DNA from: Rhina ancylostomus
Lineage: Eukaryota
NCBI GenBank assembly: GCA_030265395.1
Contig: JARFYF010000066.1
Coordinates: forward strand, 18,165,653-18,229,652
Direction: 5' to 3'
DNA: 64,000 nucleotides
The position numbers and the translations under genes are program-made. Shown piece by piece: positions 1 to 11,979 of this stretch. Position 1 is the first letter of the stretch. Every line of letters starts with the position of its first letter. A model generated the notes under the pieces. It was given only the letters and a program-made list of their open reading frames with translations, ran no database searches and had not been told where the DNA came from.

Positions 1-303
1 AAAGAGCAGGGGTCCCAGAACAGATCCCTGCAGAACACCACTGGTCACCGACCTCCAGGCAGAATATGCTCCATCTACCACTAGTCTGTCTTCTATGGGA
101 GAGCTAATTCTGAATCCACACAGCCAAGTTCCCCTGGATCCCATGCCTCCTGACTTTCTGAATGAGCCTTCCATGAGGAACCTGATCAAATGCCATACTA
201 AAATCCATGTACACCACATCCACTGCTCTAGCTTCAATGTGCTTTGTCATATCCTCAGAGAATTCAATCAAGCTCGTGAGGCACGACCTGCCCCTCACAA
301 AGC
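1..303 (-). mobile_element. CR1-clade LINE reverse transcriptase fragment
   Basis: ORF 104..298 reads GRSCLTSLIEFSE...VDVVYMDFSMAFDQVPHGRL..KVRRHGI, and continues towards an SGVLQGSVLGP-like motif. Confidence 0.9.
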
Positions 304-557
304 CAGGGCTGGAGTGGGATGGGTGAACAGCTGTATCCAGGATCCAGAGTGCTTGTATTTTTCATTTCAACCATTTTCCTGAAGGAAGAACCATTTGTCT
401 AGAAAAACCAGATCTATTACCACATGCCACACCCATGGAAGGGGTGACCACTATACAACTTTTATTTCATTTCAGCTTGTCAAAATCAGCTGAAAAATAC
501 AAGCACCCTGGGTCCTGGTTCCAGCTGTACACCCATCCCACTCCAGCCCTGGCTTTG
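298..557. repeat. Inverted repeat, 67-bp arms (298-364 and 491-557)
   Basis: Manual alignment gives 62/67 identity; spacer 126 bp. Confidence 0.9.
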
Positions 558-928
558 ACTGGACACCTTATCCTGGATCTGGACCATTCCCAACCCCAGC
601 TGCACACTGGCTAGTATTTCACTACATGCCAGCAGAAGTCATCAAACGCAACCCATCTCTGGATACACTGGACACTACAAGATACGGCCCTGGAATAACA
701 TGCAATGTTCACTGACATATGAGTAACATGGCGGAACCCACAAGTACACAGACAGTATGTCAGCAGATGAGGACCGTGTAATCATAAAAATCTCTTCAAA
801 AACATCCCATTTTCCATGATCCTATAATCTATATCAAAACAAACTATAACATGTAAAGTAAATAGTATAACATTTTGGTATAACTGCACCTTTATGAGGG
901 AAGTGCCCATTAATAAACATCCACTTAC

Positions 929-1046
929 TTTGGCTCAGAGGTGATTACAATGACGCATTTCCGCTGAGCTCCAACACTTGTCCAGTTTTTAGCTAATGCA
1001 ACCATAGCTCCAGCATCAAGTAGTCCATACCCATAGGAGTGACTGA
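929..1046 (-). CDS. furin: Furin exon 12 equivalent: SHSYGYGLLDAGAMVALAKNWTSVGAQRKCVIVITSEP(K)
   Basis: 118 nt; acceptor ctcttacag, donor gtaagt; end of the catalytic domain with the NWT sequon. Confidence 0.95.
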
Positions 1047-1499
1047 CTGTAAGAGTAGGGGAACATCTCACTACTACGTCACAGAAATAATCCCATCTCT
1101 TTGATACAGTTGAGTTGACAATAGGTTGTATACACACAAAGCATTTTAAGAAACCCCTAACAATCTATGAAATAACTAAGCAGTGTGGGGTGGGGGAGAG
1201 ACACAGAAAAGGAACTGGGGTGGAAGGAAAAAGGATGGTTGAGGAGAGAAAAATTTCAATAATCAGTCTGAAATGTTGAATCTTTTTTCAACTTAATTGT
1301 AAAAGTTCAAACTGCAATTTTATCACCAGGACTGAAGGTGTGGAAGCAGCTGAAGGGTTAATAGGACATGACACATCAAATCCTGCAGTCTCTGTGGGAT
1401 CCTAATTTATGCAGAAGACAAAAAATGCTCTGCCTTTTTCTAGAGATTTTTCCCCACTTTGTAGTGATCAAAATAACATAGTGAAAAGTTCTATCACAA

Positions 1500-1860
1500 C
1501 ACTGCAGAGCAACTAAAGAGGTCCATCGCAGATTTACGAGAACGCTGCCCGCAATGGAATGCCTCAGTTATGAGGAGAGACGGGCTAGCCTGGGTTTGCT
1601 TTCCTTGGAGTGGGGAAGGCTAACAGGGGTGAGAGGGGGAATCTGATGGAGGTGTACAAAATTATGAGGGGTACAGATATGGGAGACAGTAGGAAACTTT
1701 TCCTTACGGCAGAGGTGTCTAAATCCATAGGGTACAAGTTTAAGGTGAGAAATAAGAGGGCTAGAGGGCATCTGAGGAAAATTTTTCCCAGGTGACTGGA
1801 ATCTGGAATGCAGTACGAGATATTGGAGGGAGGAAGTGGGGTTAATGGAAGGTACTGCAC
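1500..1860 (+). mobile_element. CR1 LINE ORF2 C-terminal fragment
   Basis: RGNLMEVYKIMRG.D...LF......S...GYKFKVR motif; boundaries approximate. Confidence 0.85.
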
Positions 1861-2296
1861 AAAAGCCTCACAAAACATTATACCATCAATACATCATGCA
1901 GGAAAGATTTACTGAACGAACTGTTCTCATTAACATGCTTGCAAAAAGATATCCAAACAAACCAACTCTCAATCCACTGCAAGTGTTAAACAAGATCACC
2001 ATCGCGAAAGGCGGCAACTGGACACAACCTGATCAAAAAGCAGATTAAACGATAAGGTGAAAAAAAACCCGGCAATAATGGAACCACCAAACAAAATGTA
2101 TTTAAAATCAGAAGGAACTGGGATGACGTGCCAGGTCGATGAAAGGGAGAAACATCAGGTGCACCAGTTTCAGCTGGACACTGATAGCAAAGTAAGGGTA
2201 CCAGCTTGGATGAGCAAAACAGATTGTCTCGTAATTATGCTTTCATTGCCAGGAGGTACCCAACACAAAAACGGATCATTCAGATGCCATTGTTAC

Positions 2297-2400
2297 CTTT
2301 GCGGCCAACTCCATTTGTAATCCAGTCGTTGGAGGAGAGGTGGGCTGGTTTGGATGTACGTACTACAAGGTGCTGCATGTCACGCCAGGTGAGATTTTTA
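2297..2400 (-). CDS. furin: Furin exon 11 equivalent: KNLTWRDMQHLVVRTSKPAHLSSNDWITNGVGRK(V)
   Basis: 104 nt; acceptor cccttccaag, donor gtaaca; not in the ORF track, found by reading the reverse complement of gtgctgcatgtcacgcca (WRDMQH). Confidence 0.95.
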
Positions 2401-2984
2401 CTTGGAAGGGAGGAGNNNNNNNNNNNNNNNNNNNNNNNNNNNNNNNNNNNNNNNNNNNNNNNNNNNNNNNNNNNNNNNNNNNNNNNNNNNNNNNNNNNNN
2501 NNNNNNNNNNNNNNNNNNNNNNNNNNNNNNNNNNNNNNNNNNNNNNNNNNNNNNNNNNNNNNNNNNNNNNNNNNNNNNNNNNNNNNNNNNNNNNNNNNNN
2601 NNNNNNNNNNNNNNNNNNNNNNNNNNNNNNNNNNNNNNNNNNNNNNNNNNNNNNNNNNNNNNNNNAAAATCAATGAATTAGATGAGCTTTTCTGTACCAC
2701 TGGTAACATTGAGTACAGTTTTCCCTCAGGGAATGCTCCCCATTCTCCTACTTTCAATATTAAAAGAATAGCTTTGCAAAGGATGGCAAAACCACAGCCT
2801 TTTACTTGTTTGGTTAAGGCATTACAGATCTTCATCGAGTTGCAATGTAAATCTGTTCAACCTTATCCATCGATCTGATCTTGTCCAAAGTTGCATTTGA
2901 ACTTCGAGCAATTCAGAAGTTCCAGGTTTGATTTTCAGCCTAAGGTACTTGTCGGGGTTATCCACTTCTTTTAGAATGTGCATT

Positions 2985-3480
2985 TGTCTGGAACAGGCTC
3001 ATCCCAAACAGCTGCATAACACAGGACTCTGTGCTTTGCAGAGCTGTTCCCAGGGATGCACACCAAAACAAACATCAACTGTCCCTTGGAGATTACCAGC
3101 TTGGCAAAAAGTGCACTTTGGTCTGCATTAAAACTTGCTGGTCTTCCACTGTAAGGGCCTGTCCACAAGGAATTAATTCAGTTAGGCAGTTAATTAGCTC
3201 AGCACAACATGGTGGGCCAAAGAGCCTGTTCCTGTGCCATACATGTAAATATACGAAGGAATCATGAATTCCCATGTTTTCTCAACTGTCGAAGACTGCC
3301 ACATTCCAAGTTCCAAGACTACATGCTAAGGGACTCACTAAAGCTTGGCACAGTCATGGGGAAAGGTCACACATCAGGACCCTCCCACCATCGTGTGCAG
3401 AAGGGCTGGAGCCCATGCAAAAGCTTCTCACGTCACTTGGGGAATGTGCACGAAGAAAAATATTGAAGACGTTATCAAAA
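2985..3480 (+). mobile_element. Tx1/L1-like LINE 3' fragment, interrupted by a ~120-bp insertion at ~3168-3289
   Basis: Decayed RLIPNSCITQDSVL...NINC...ALWSA.KLLVF before the insertion and CRRLPHSKFQDYMLRDSLKLG after it; family assignment from recalled consensus. Confidence 0.65.
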
Positions 3481-3544
3481 GCAAATGGAAAGTCTTGCCC
3501 TGTAAGTGGCGACAAAGGAACATACTGATTTATATACATGCAAA

Positions 3545-3850
3545 TTTAATGAATTTAATAATGAAGCTAGTATCTTTTTTCCAGGGTCGAAATGTCTAAT
3601 ACTCAGGGCATGCATTTAAGTGAGAAGGGGCAAGTTTTCTTCTCTTTACACAGTGGGGTGGGTGCCTGTGATGTACTGCTAGGGGCAGCAGTAGAGACAA
3701 AAATGATAAGAGGTGTTTAAGAGGCTCTTAGGCACAAGAATGTGCAGAGAATGGAGGGATACGGACATTGTGAAGGAAAAAGGGATTAGTTTAGTTAGGC
3801 ATTTAATTAGCTCAGCACAACATGGTGGGCCAAAGAGCCCGTTCCTGTGC
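3545..3850 (+). mobile_element. CR1 LINE 3' end and UTR
   Basis: gggcatgcatttaag...ggtgggccaaagagcccgttcctgtgc terminal motif. Confidence 0.8.
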
Positions 3851-4741
3851 CATACATGTAGATATATGATGGAATCATGAATTCCCATGTTTTCTCAACT
3901 GTGAAGTACCACTAAAATATTGCCTCCTTCTGAGGAAGCATGCCTCTGGGCATATGCAAAATGCAGTTGTTTCTGGCATGGGAGATGAGCTTGACAGGCA
4001 ACTGATGTTACCTAGTTAGCAACTGATGTTAACTGTTTAAAGGTCCTCAACATCAAACATCACTTCTCTTCTCATAAATGCTGCCTGACCTGCTGAGTAT
4101 TTCNNNNNNNNNNNNNNNNNNNNNNNNNNNNNNNNNNNNNNNNNNNNNNNNNNNNNNNNNNNNNNNNNNNNNNNNNNNNNNNNNNNNNNNNNNNNNNNNN
4201 NNNNNNNNNNNNNNNNNNNNNNNNNNNNNNNNNNNNNNNNNNNNNNNNNNNNNNNNNNNNNNNNNNNNNNNNNNNNNNNNNNNNNNNNNNNNNNNNNNNN
4301 NNNNNNNNNNNNNNNNNNNNNNNNNNNNNNNNNNNNNNNNNNNNNNNNNNNNNNNNNNNNNNNNNNNNNNNNNNNNNNNNNNNNNNNNNNNNNNNNNNNN
4401 NNNNNNNNNNNNNNNNNNNNNNNNNNNNNNNNNNNNNNNNNNNNNNNNNNNNNNNNNNNNNNNNNNNNNNNNNNNNNNNNNNNNNNNNNNNNTTGAACAG
4501 TAACATGACACATCATTATCCTCTGCCTCAATAAGGGCAATCACAATTATGAAGAATTGTCAGGGGAACAAGGGAAAAAGGCGAAAGGAAAGGACAGTAT
4601 GAGCAGTAGCAGATTTTTAAGCAGTTATGTCATTAAACTCAGCAGAAACTTATCCCAATCAGAAAGGAGGACTCAATGAGCAAGACAAATCCAGGGTAAG
4701 TAAAAAGTTGATAAAGGAAATTATTATATTTTGAATTAGAG

Positions 4742-4744
<3 letters not shown>

Positions 4745-4810
<66 letters not shown>
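4745..4810. repeat. (GT)33 microsatellite
   Basis: Perfect dinucleotide run. Confidence 0.98.
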
Positions 4811-4812
<2 letters not shown>

Positions 4813-4869
4813 TAGTAGCAAAAGCTAGTGGTATCAAGAAGACCTGCATATCCACCTCCTTGCCTCCCC

Positions 4870-6535
4870 ACAAATGAGGGAGAAAACTGATAGAGAATAA
4901 AAGGGCAAGAGCTTCAATGGATAGATGAAAGGGAGGAGGGTAACTAATGGACGCCTGTAGAGAGAGACTGGGGAATTAATGAGAAACAAGGAAGGAGTAG
5001 ATAATTTAAACCAATATCTTGCATATCTTCACAGTGAAGGATACTTCAAGTAATTGGGCTACTTTCAAACAGAAATAGAAAGGAAGAACTTATTAAAAAA
5101 ATCCCTGTCACAAAGGACAAAGTATTGGAAAAGTTTGTATGACTAAGGGCAGACAAGCCATTCAAGACGCAAACCCAACTGCCTACATCCAAGGGCTTTG
5201 AGAGAAGTGGCTGCAGAGATAAGAGCTGATGTTACTGAGTGTTCCAAAACTTGGAGTTCTGGGAGTGCAGCAGTTGATTAGAAAACCACAAATGTGACTC
5301 CCTTGTTCAAGAAGGAAGGGAGACAATAAACCAAAAACTGTTGGTCAATTAGCTTAACAGTTTTGTTGGGTACTGGAGTCTGCAATCATGGAAGAAATAG
5401 CTCAACATTTAGAGAAGCTTAATGTAATCAAACTGAGTCAAAACGAGTTTACGAAAGAAAACTGTGTTTGGCAAATTTGTTACAGCTCTGAGGAAGTAAC
5501 AAGCAGAGTTGATAAAGGGGAACCTATAGATGTATCATATGTGGATTTCCAAAAGTCATTTGATAGGGTGCCACGTAAAAGGCTGGTGTATGAGATAAGA
5601 GCTGATAGAAGAAGTGTGTTGACATGGACTAAAGACTGATTATCACAACGTAAAGAGTCAGAATAAATCTGTATTTTCAGAATGAAAGGATGTAACTAGC
5701 TCTTGACCCTCAATTATTGCAAGATATTAAAGTTTGCTGACGACAGGAAAATACATGGGAGGGCACATGCGATGAAGATATTTGGACTAGTAATTGGACA
5801 TAGGTTGAGTGAGTGGGCGAAATCTTAGCAAATGGGAGTTAAATGTAGTCAAGCGCAAGGTCATGCACTTCAGTATGGGGAATGAAAAGGCAGATTATCT
5901 CAATGGTGAAAGACTGTAAATAAACAAAGTACAGAGAGATCAAGGTGTTCTTGTGCATGAAGCTAGCATGCAGGTGCAGCAATTAATTAGAATGTTGACC
6001 TTTATTGCTCAGGGGTTGGAGTTTAAAAATAGAGAAGTAGTGTTACGATCGTACAAGGTAATGTGAGCCGCACCTGGAGTTCTGTGTACAGTTTTTTGTC
6101 CCCTTATTTAAGATATACTAGCATTTGAGGCAGTCCAGTATGGATTCACTAGGATCCTGGGGATGAGAGGGCTATTCTATCACAAAGGGCTCAAAAAGTT
6201 AGACCTATATTCCAGAAGAATGAGGGGTGATCTCACTTAAATAGCCAAGATCCTTAGGGGTCACAACAGGGCAGATACTGAAATGTTTCCATCAATGGGA
6301 GGGTCTTGAACAAGGGGGTCATTAGTTACTGAGGTATGTAGGAATTTCTTCTTGGTGAATCGATGGAATTCTCTACACAGAGGGTTGTTGAAGCCCCATT
6401 ATTGAAGATATTTGAAGAGAAGGAAAGAAAGATCAGGAATTGAAGGCTATGGGTAGCTGCAACAGAACTTCGAGGCCTGGGCCAGATTAGCCATAATCAA
6501 ATTGACAGATCAGGTGGCCTACTTCTGGTATTCTT
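4870..6535 (+). mobile_element. Decayed CR1 LINE, ~1.6 kb (RT region to 3' UTR)
   Basis: NVTPLFKK.G, VDKGEPIDVSYVDFQKSFDRVP, KFADD and RPHLE.C motifs with stops and frameshifts. Confidence 0.9.
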
Positions 6536-6658
6536 GATGATACCACTTGTTAATTTTTTTTTAATGTTGAAAATAGCTAGAATTTAACCTTAACTGGAAA
6601 TTTACTGCACAAAACATTATGCCATCAGCCAAGAGGGGGATTTAACCACGGTGCTTAC

Positions 6659-6759
6659 TTTGCCTCCAGTGCAAGGGCAATGATTCCAGCAGCAAGAGGA
6701 GCAGAGGCAGAGGTTCCTGTGTGTGACTCTGTGCACTTCTGTCTGAGGTCCGTGGTAAC
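6659..6759 (-). CDS. furin: Furin exon 10 equivalent: [33 protein letters not shown](N)
   Basis: 101 nt; acceptor tttgctcag, donor gtaagc; catalytic Ser in GTSAS. Confidence 0.96.
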
Positions 6760-8528
6760 CTGAGCAAAAATAAAAGGGACATCTGTTAATGAGGTACATG
6801 AACAACCAGAATCTCCAATTTCAGTCAGATGATAGAACTGGCTCAAAGTGCTGGGAACCCAAAATAAAATAGCAACATGCTGGAAAAGCACAGCAGGTCT
6901 GTCTGCAATAGTCTCAAACTGAAACAGTAAACAATCTTTTTGATTCACACCAGTTACATGTTCTGCTGTGATCGCAAAACATTCTCAAAAATGTCAATTG
7001 AGCAGGCATACTCCATTGATTCAGTGTCCCTTCCTTCAACATTCAGGCCTATCTGATGATCCAACACTAAAAGCAATTTGTACCCAGACATGGTCAAAAG
7101 TTGCTGTACACTAGCTGGTATTAATTGGCAACACACTCGAGCTTTATGCTCCATGGGGTAGGAATGAGATCAAAGTGCTCTCGCTCTTGACTCACCGCAG
7201 CTTTTAATGGTTCCACTGAGACTTTGTCTCATTATTAGCAAATATGCCTTTGGCATCAAATAATGATTTGCTTCCTCATGAACATCAATTGGGCATACAA
7301 AAATCACAATAACCAGCCACCCCCTTTACCAGCTGTGTGGCCAGTTTTAAAACTTAAGAGTAGACAGATGATTTGACCTGAATACGAATTGCAACCAGAT
7401 TAACCCTACCTTCAACAGCCAGTTAGTAATCGTGACATGCCAGCACATCTGAAAGTCAATTGTAGCATCTTAACTGTTACCCATTTTAGATTAGTCAACT
7501 CAACACGGATTGGGAATGATCAAACAGGGTTTCATCCATATTGCCCTTCCACTCTGCGGAGGTATTGATATTCCACCAGGGCTCTCATTAGAGCAATGTT
7601 CAATGGGAATTTGAAAGAGGAGACATCTTCATGCAAAAACCCTCATCAGACTCCAGGAGTGAACAGTAAAGCAGTTACAATTTTCAAAGTCAACAAATGC
7701 ACTGAAAGAGTGAAGGATGAGGCACGGTAAGGTCAGTTTAACACAAATAACAATGGATTATTAATTGCTTAAGTACATAAAAGACTCAATAATTTGAGAA
7801 ACAAAAATCAAACCAATCAGAAGCAACTCCTTTTCTTCAAGAAAATACAAATGGCCCGACTCAGTTATGCTTCACATTTCCAGTGTCAAAATAACTGTTT
7901 GGTCAAATCCTTCAACTACCCCATATCCTGAGGATACCAGAAGCAGCAGGCAAATGGATTCCCAATATATGGTAACCTTAAATAACAGAAAAATGTTCTA
8001 GGAATTTCAGTGACACCTTAATAATAACTGCTTTGGTGCTCTCAGAAAGCAAAGAAATCAGTTGTGTGGAGATGGATAATACAGTGACATCTGCACCTCC
8101 TATCCCTGGCTGCTATGAACTGAATTAGCTGTGAGTAATCTTATGGCACACACCATATTGCACCAAACACATTCATACTAATTTAGGCACAGAAAGATAA
8201 CTTGCACTAATATGTCTGTTCATCGCCAGCTTCACTTCACTGGTTAATTCTGACCCAAGTTTTTCCAAGTCTAGATACATCTTTGAATATTTTTGAGGAA
8301 GTAACTATAAAAAAGGTAACTGAAGTAACTAAATATCCACTTCTGCTAATGAAAAAGGATCGGAAGATTGTCCTTAAGTTTTTCCACAATTTAAATTATG
8401 ATTTTATAATACAATTTCAAAATGGTTACGGATTATTCCACCACCATTACATCAACAAGTGAAACAAGGTATACAATGGAATACACTTTGGTGACAATTA
8501 CACTTTAACCAATGAAATAACTACTTAC

Positions 8529-8741
8529 AATCTGCTTTTCAAATTGCCCTCCACTGCTGTACGTGGTAGCAAGTGTTGAGGAGCATGCTTCACTATACCA
8601 TGGCACATTCCCATTTTGAGTTGTGCTGCTGATTGACAGGGTATAAATGCTGTTTGTGTATCCATCACAGTTACAGCTGTCCCGATCCCGGCCGCCATTC
8701 CCAGAGGCCCACACGAAAATCGAGCCGAGACCCCGACGTCC
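8529..8741 (-). CDS. furin: Furin exon 9 equivalent: [17 protein letters not shown]...[19 protein letters not shown]
   Basis: 213 nt; acceptor gttcgcag, donor gtaagt; oxyanion Asn in ASGNGG. Confidence 0.96.
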
Positions 8742-8936
8742 CTGCGAACAGTGAACCAAGACACAATTAACATTGTGCAACTCGAGTCCCAAATTTCACA
8801 ACAGCTGAAGAAAATTTAGTGATTGGACAATGTATTGAAAAATTTGAGGATTACATTTTCTATACCTTGCCAATGTTTACGTTCCACAGATATGCATGCG
8901 CCACTGCACAATATGCAAGAGTAAAATTCACTTTAC

Positions 8937-9109
8937 CTGAGTAATGCCTTTAAAAAAGGCTGCCTGTGCTAGCTTAGCAGGTCCATCTACTGTCTTTCCA
9001 TCATCTTCTGGACCCCAGCTGGCGCTATAGATGTCAATGTGCTGAGGATTCATGCTGAGAGACTGGGCTTCCACGGCATCAGTCACCTCTCCATCCAGCA
9101 TCCGCACAC
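8937..9109 (-). CDS. furin: Furin exon 8 equivalent: [57 protein letters not shown]
   Basis: 173 nt; acceptor ttctgtag, donor gtaaag; substrate-pocket motif [10 protein letters not shown]. Confidence 0.96.
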
Positions 9110-10829
9110 CTACAGAATCCCAAAGAATGTACATTAAGAGGCTGAACTGGCTGATGTAGCAAAGCTTTGGTGACCTAGGCTCAAAGCTTAGTTGAGTATC
9201 AACTGGATGGCAAGGGATGATACAGAATAAAATTAATAAAAGAATAGAGAAACTAGAAATTTCTGCTGTTGTGTTGATTTCTAAATCCTTCGGAAAAACA
9301 AATCTTCCACAACAAGCCTTCAAAGTGTTTAATGGCACTCATTATGTGCAATGTGAGGAATATGTATTTATGATAAATTGCAAAAAGCAGCAATGATGCA
9401 GGGAGAAGTGCCTCAAGTTTATATAGCAGAGACACTCAAACAGAAAGAGGCCTGAGATTTTGTCCCCTAGTTGAGCGAACATCAGCCATGTCCTGATTCA
9501 GCAAGTAATCCTGGCCATTCCCAAATCATTGGTTACTCCCAACCAACAGCTTCCAGTTGCATAGCACTTAATACAGTCAAAACACTCCAAGGTGCATCAC
9601 AGGACCACAAAATAAAACTAAAAGCAAAGTATTAAGGGAAAATGTCTATAGCCGAGTTGAACAAGTAGGCACCAAGAAGATACAGCTACAGAGGTAGAGA
9701 AGTTTAAGGAATACAGGTGCTCTCGGAAGGGCCATTCAAGCTGTCCAGAGCCTGTGAAGAGGATGCTGTCTATTCATATCCCTCATCTTTATAGCACAAA
9801 AAGGGTAAAATCTCTTGCCATCAGCCTGGCCCTACAGTCACATACAGTGAAGGAACCGACTGAAAAAAAACAGGTTAATACAAGAATTAAAATAGTGGAC
9901 AAAATTATAATCACAAATGCTTGAAATGTTCAGTTGCAAATATTGCCAACAGCAACTGGGATGAGAGAAAGGTTCTTAAAAGATCAATCAGATTTTTTAA
10001 TACTGGGTGATACTGTTTGTAAAGATTAGATTTAATTGCACTGACCCTCATTTTTAAGTAGCATGCTGACAATCATTAGCAAGCCTTGTGCCTAACAAAC
10101 TGTAATTACAGCAATGTGCCTGAGGCAGGTGATGCCTGATGTACTGACCCCCAAAGAACAAGTGAAGTGAAGAAAACACGAACTGAAAGGGGACACCAAG
10201 TAAAAATGGCACAGAATCCTTATGAGAATATTTTGGGCTACTTTCCCTTCCTATTTCTTCCCTTTTCCCCTCACCCTACACCACCAACCCCCCCCCCCAC
10301 CACCCCCCACACCTTGAGCTTGGTGCATTCTAGATAGAGGTCACTCCACCCTGCTCTGGGGAGCGAATATTTCCCTGCAGCTGCAGAGAAAAGATGGTCC
10401 CATTTCTTTGACTCAATGCCTGTCAGGCAGCATAGCTCAAGGTAAGAAATTCATTGCAACAGAGCTCAAAAGAAGCAGGCATTCCAAGGTGATGTTCCTT
10501 GCCACAGCGTTTCCAGGGCTACAATCGGTAATAGTTTGAGAGAAACAAAAAAGCAAAGCAGCACTTAAATAGAACAGTATGACAAGGAAAACCATCAAAA
10601 TGGAATATCGCTGGAGGCAGCAAGGGAAAGAAAATGTCACTCACAGATTTATTCAGTATGTCTCTTAAAAATGAAAATGATCATTATCCAATGTGCTGCG
10701 TTTTTTATCTCAGTAACTAAATTAAAAATAAATCAAATGTTTGACCTTCATGAGTCTAGCAGGTAGTACCCTTCCAGTGACAGAACAATATAGTGCAGAA
10801 AAGCTTCCTGGCTCAGTCTCTGCTGCTGA

Positions 10830-11200
10830 GTTAGTACACCTCAGCCAGAGTGTGACGGATGCCCTCTGCTTGCCTGAATAATCCTGTTTGATTGGCACTC
10901 ATGGCTGCACTACCAGCATGCTGTGAACACACTGCAGTTATTTGCAGAGGCTCTTTCAAAAGCAATTGCCAAACCTGACCTCTACCTTCTAGAAGGACAG
11001 AAGTCAACAAGAACACATGTACAGCACAGGCAGCAAGCTCTTCAGTACACCATCCTGAAAATATTACTGATCCTTCATCACAGGCTAGGTCTGAATGCTG
11101 GAATGCCAATGGGAACATGTTCACATCACACATACATTGCAGAGGTTCAAAAAAATACTTTCAAGAGGAAAATAGTGATGGGCAATAAATGCTGTCCTTG
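10830..11200 (+). mobile_element. Old CR1/L2-type LINE 3' end; related copies at ~18940-19175, ~25125-25340, ~50000-50350 (+) and ~37445-38100 (-)
   Basis: Shared motifs ccaaacctgacctctaccttctagaaggaca, caccatcctga and gggcaataaatgctg recur between the copies. Confidence 0.65.
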
Positions 11201-11494
11201 ACAGAAAAACCTTTGTCTCACAAGAGAATTAAAGTCATGATTCCAATGCAACTGACCTCATTGGATGGATGTTTGAGTGCAGCAGGAAAACTTACAAAAT
11301 CCTTATTTCTGACCTCTGGAATGGGCTTTTATACTGAACAATGATTCCTCAAACTTTTGGACAGTGTTCAATAATCGATCACTTGGGCCTTCAAAATGAG
11401 CAGAATCTTATCCAAAAAAGAATGTCTTTCAGGGAGACTGGATTTAGGACCGGTGGGAAGGAATTACAGGCAGCAGGAGAACAGTTGAACGTAC

Positions 11495-11583
11495 CTCCTA
11501 TTCTGGCATTATATGCCACCCCCACTCCACAAATCTCATTGTTAGCAGCAGCAGCCACTTCCCCAGCACATCGTGTTCCGTGT
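11495..11583 (-). CDS. furin: Furin exon 7 equivalent: [29 protein letters not shown](G)
   Basis: 89 nt; acceptor ctcacag, donor gtacgt; catalytic His in HGTRC. Confidence 0.95.
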
Positions 11584-11979
11584 CTGTGAGAAATGGAAAA
11601 AACAATGCAAATCAGTATGCAGATATTTATACATGCATGCATTTTCTGAAAAATGTATTTGCATACCACCACTCCTACCATTTTGTTCTCATCTTCAACC
11701 GTATCTTTACATAGGCACCATCATCTGAACCACCCCATGGAAAAGAATCACAAGACATAAACAGGCGTTTCAGGACACTGTGCCCATGCTGATCAGCAGT
11801 TGGCCTGCAAGCTTCTATGCCTTGGTGATTCAAGTGCTCATCTTGATACTTATGTGGTGAGACAGTCCACACTACTGAATGTAACAATCATGAATGTTAA
11901 GCTTTTGTATTTTGCACTGTTTTCTTCCTTTGCATAAACTTTATTCATAATGAAAAAAATGTATTTTTGTAATTAAAAA

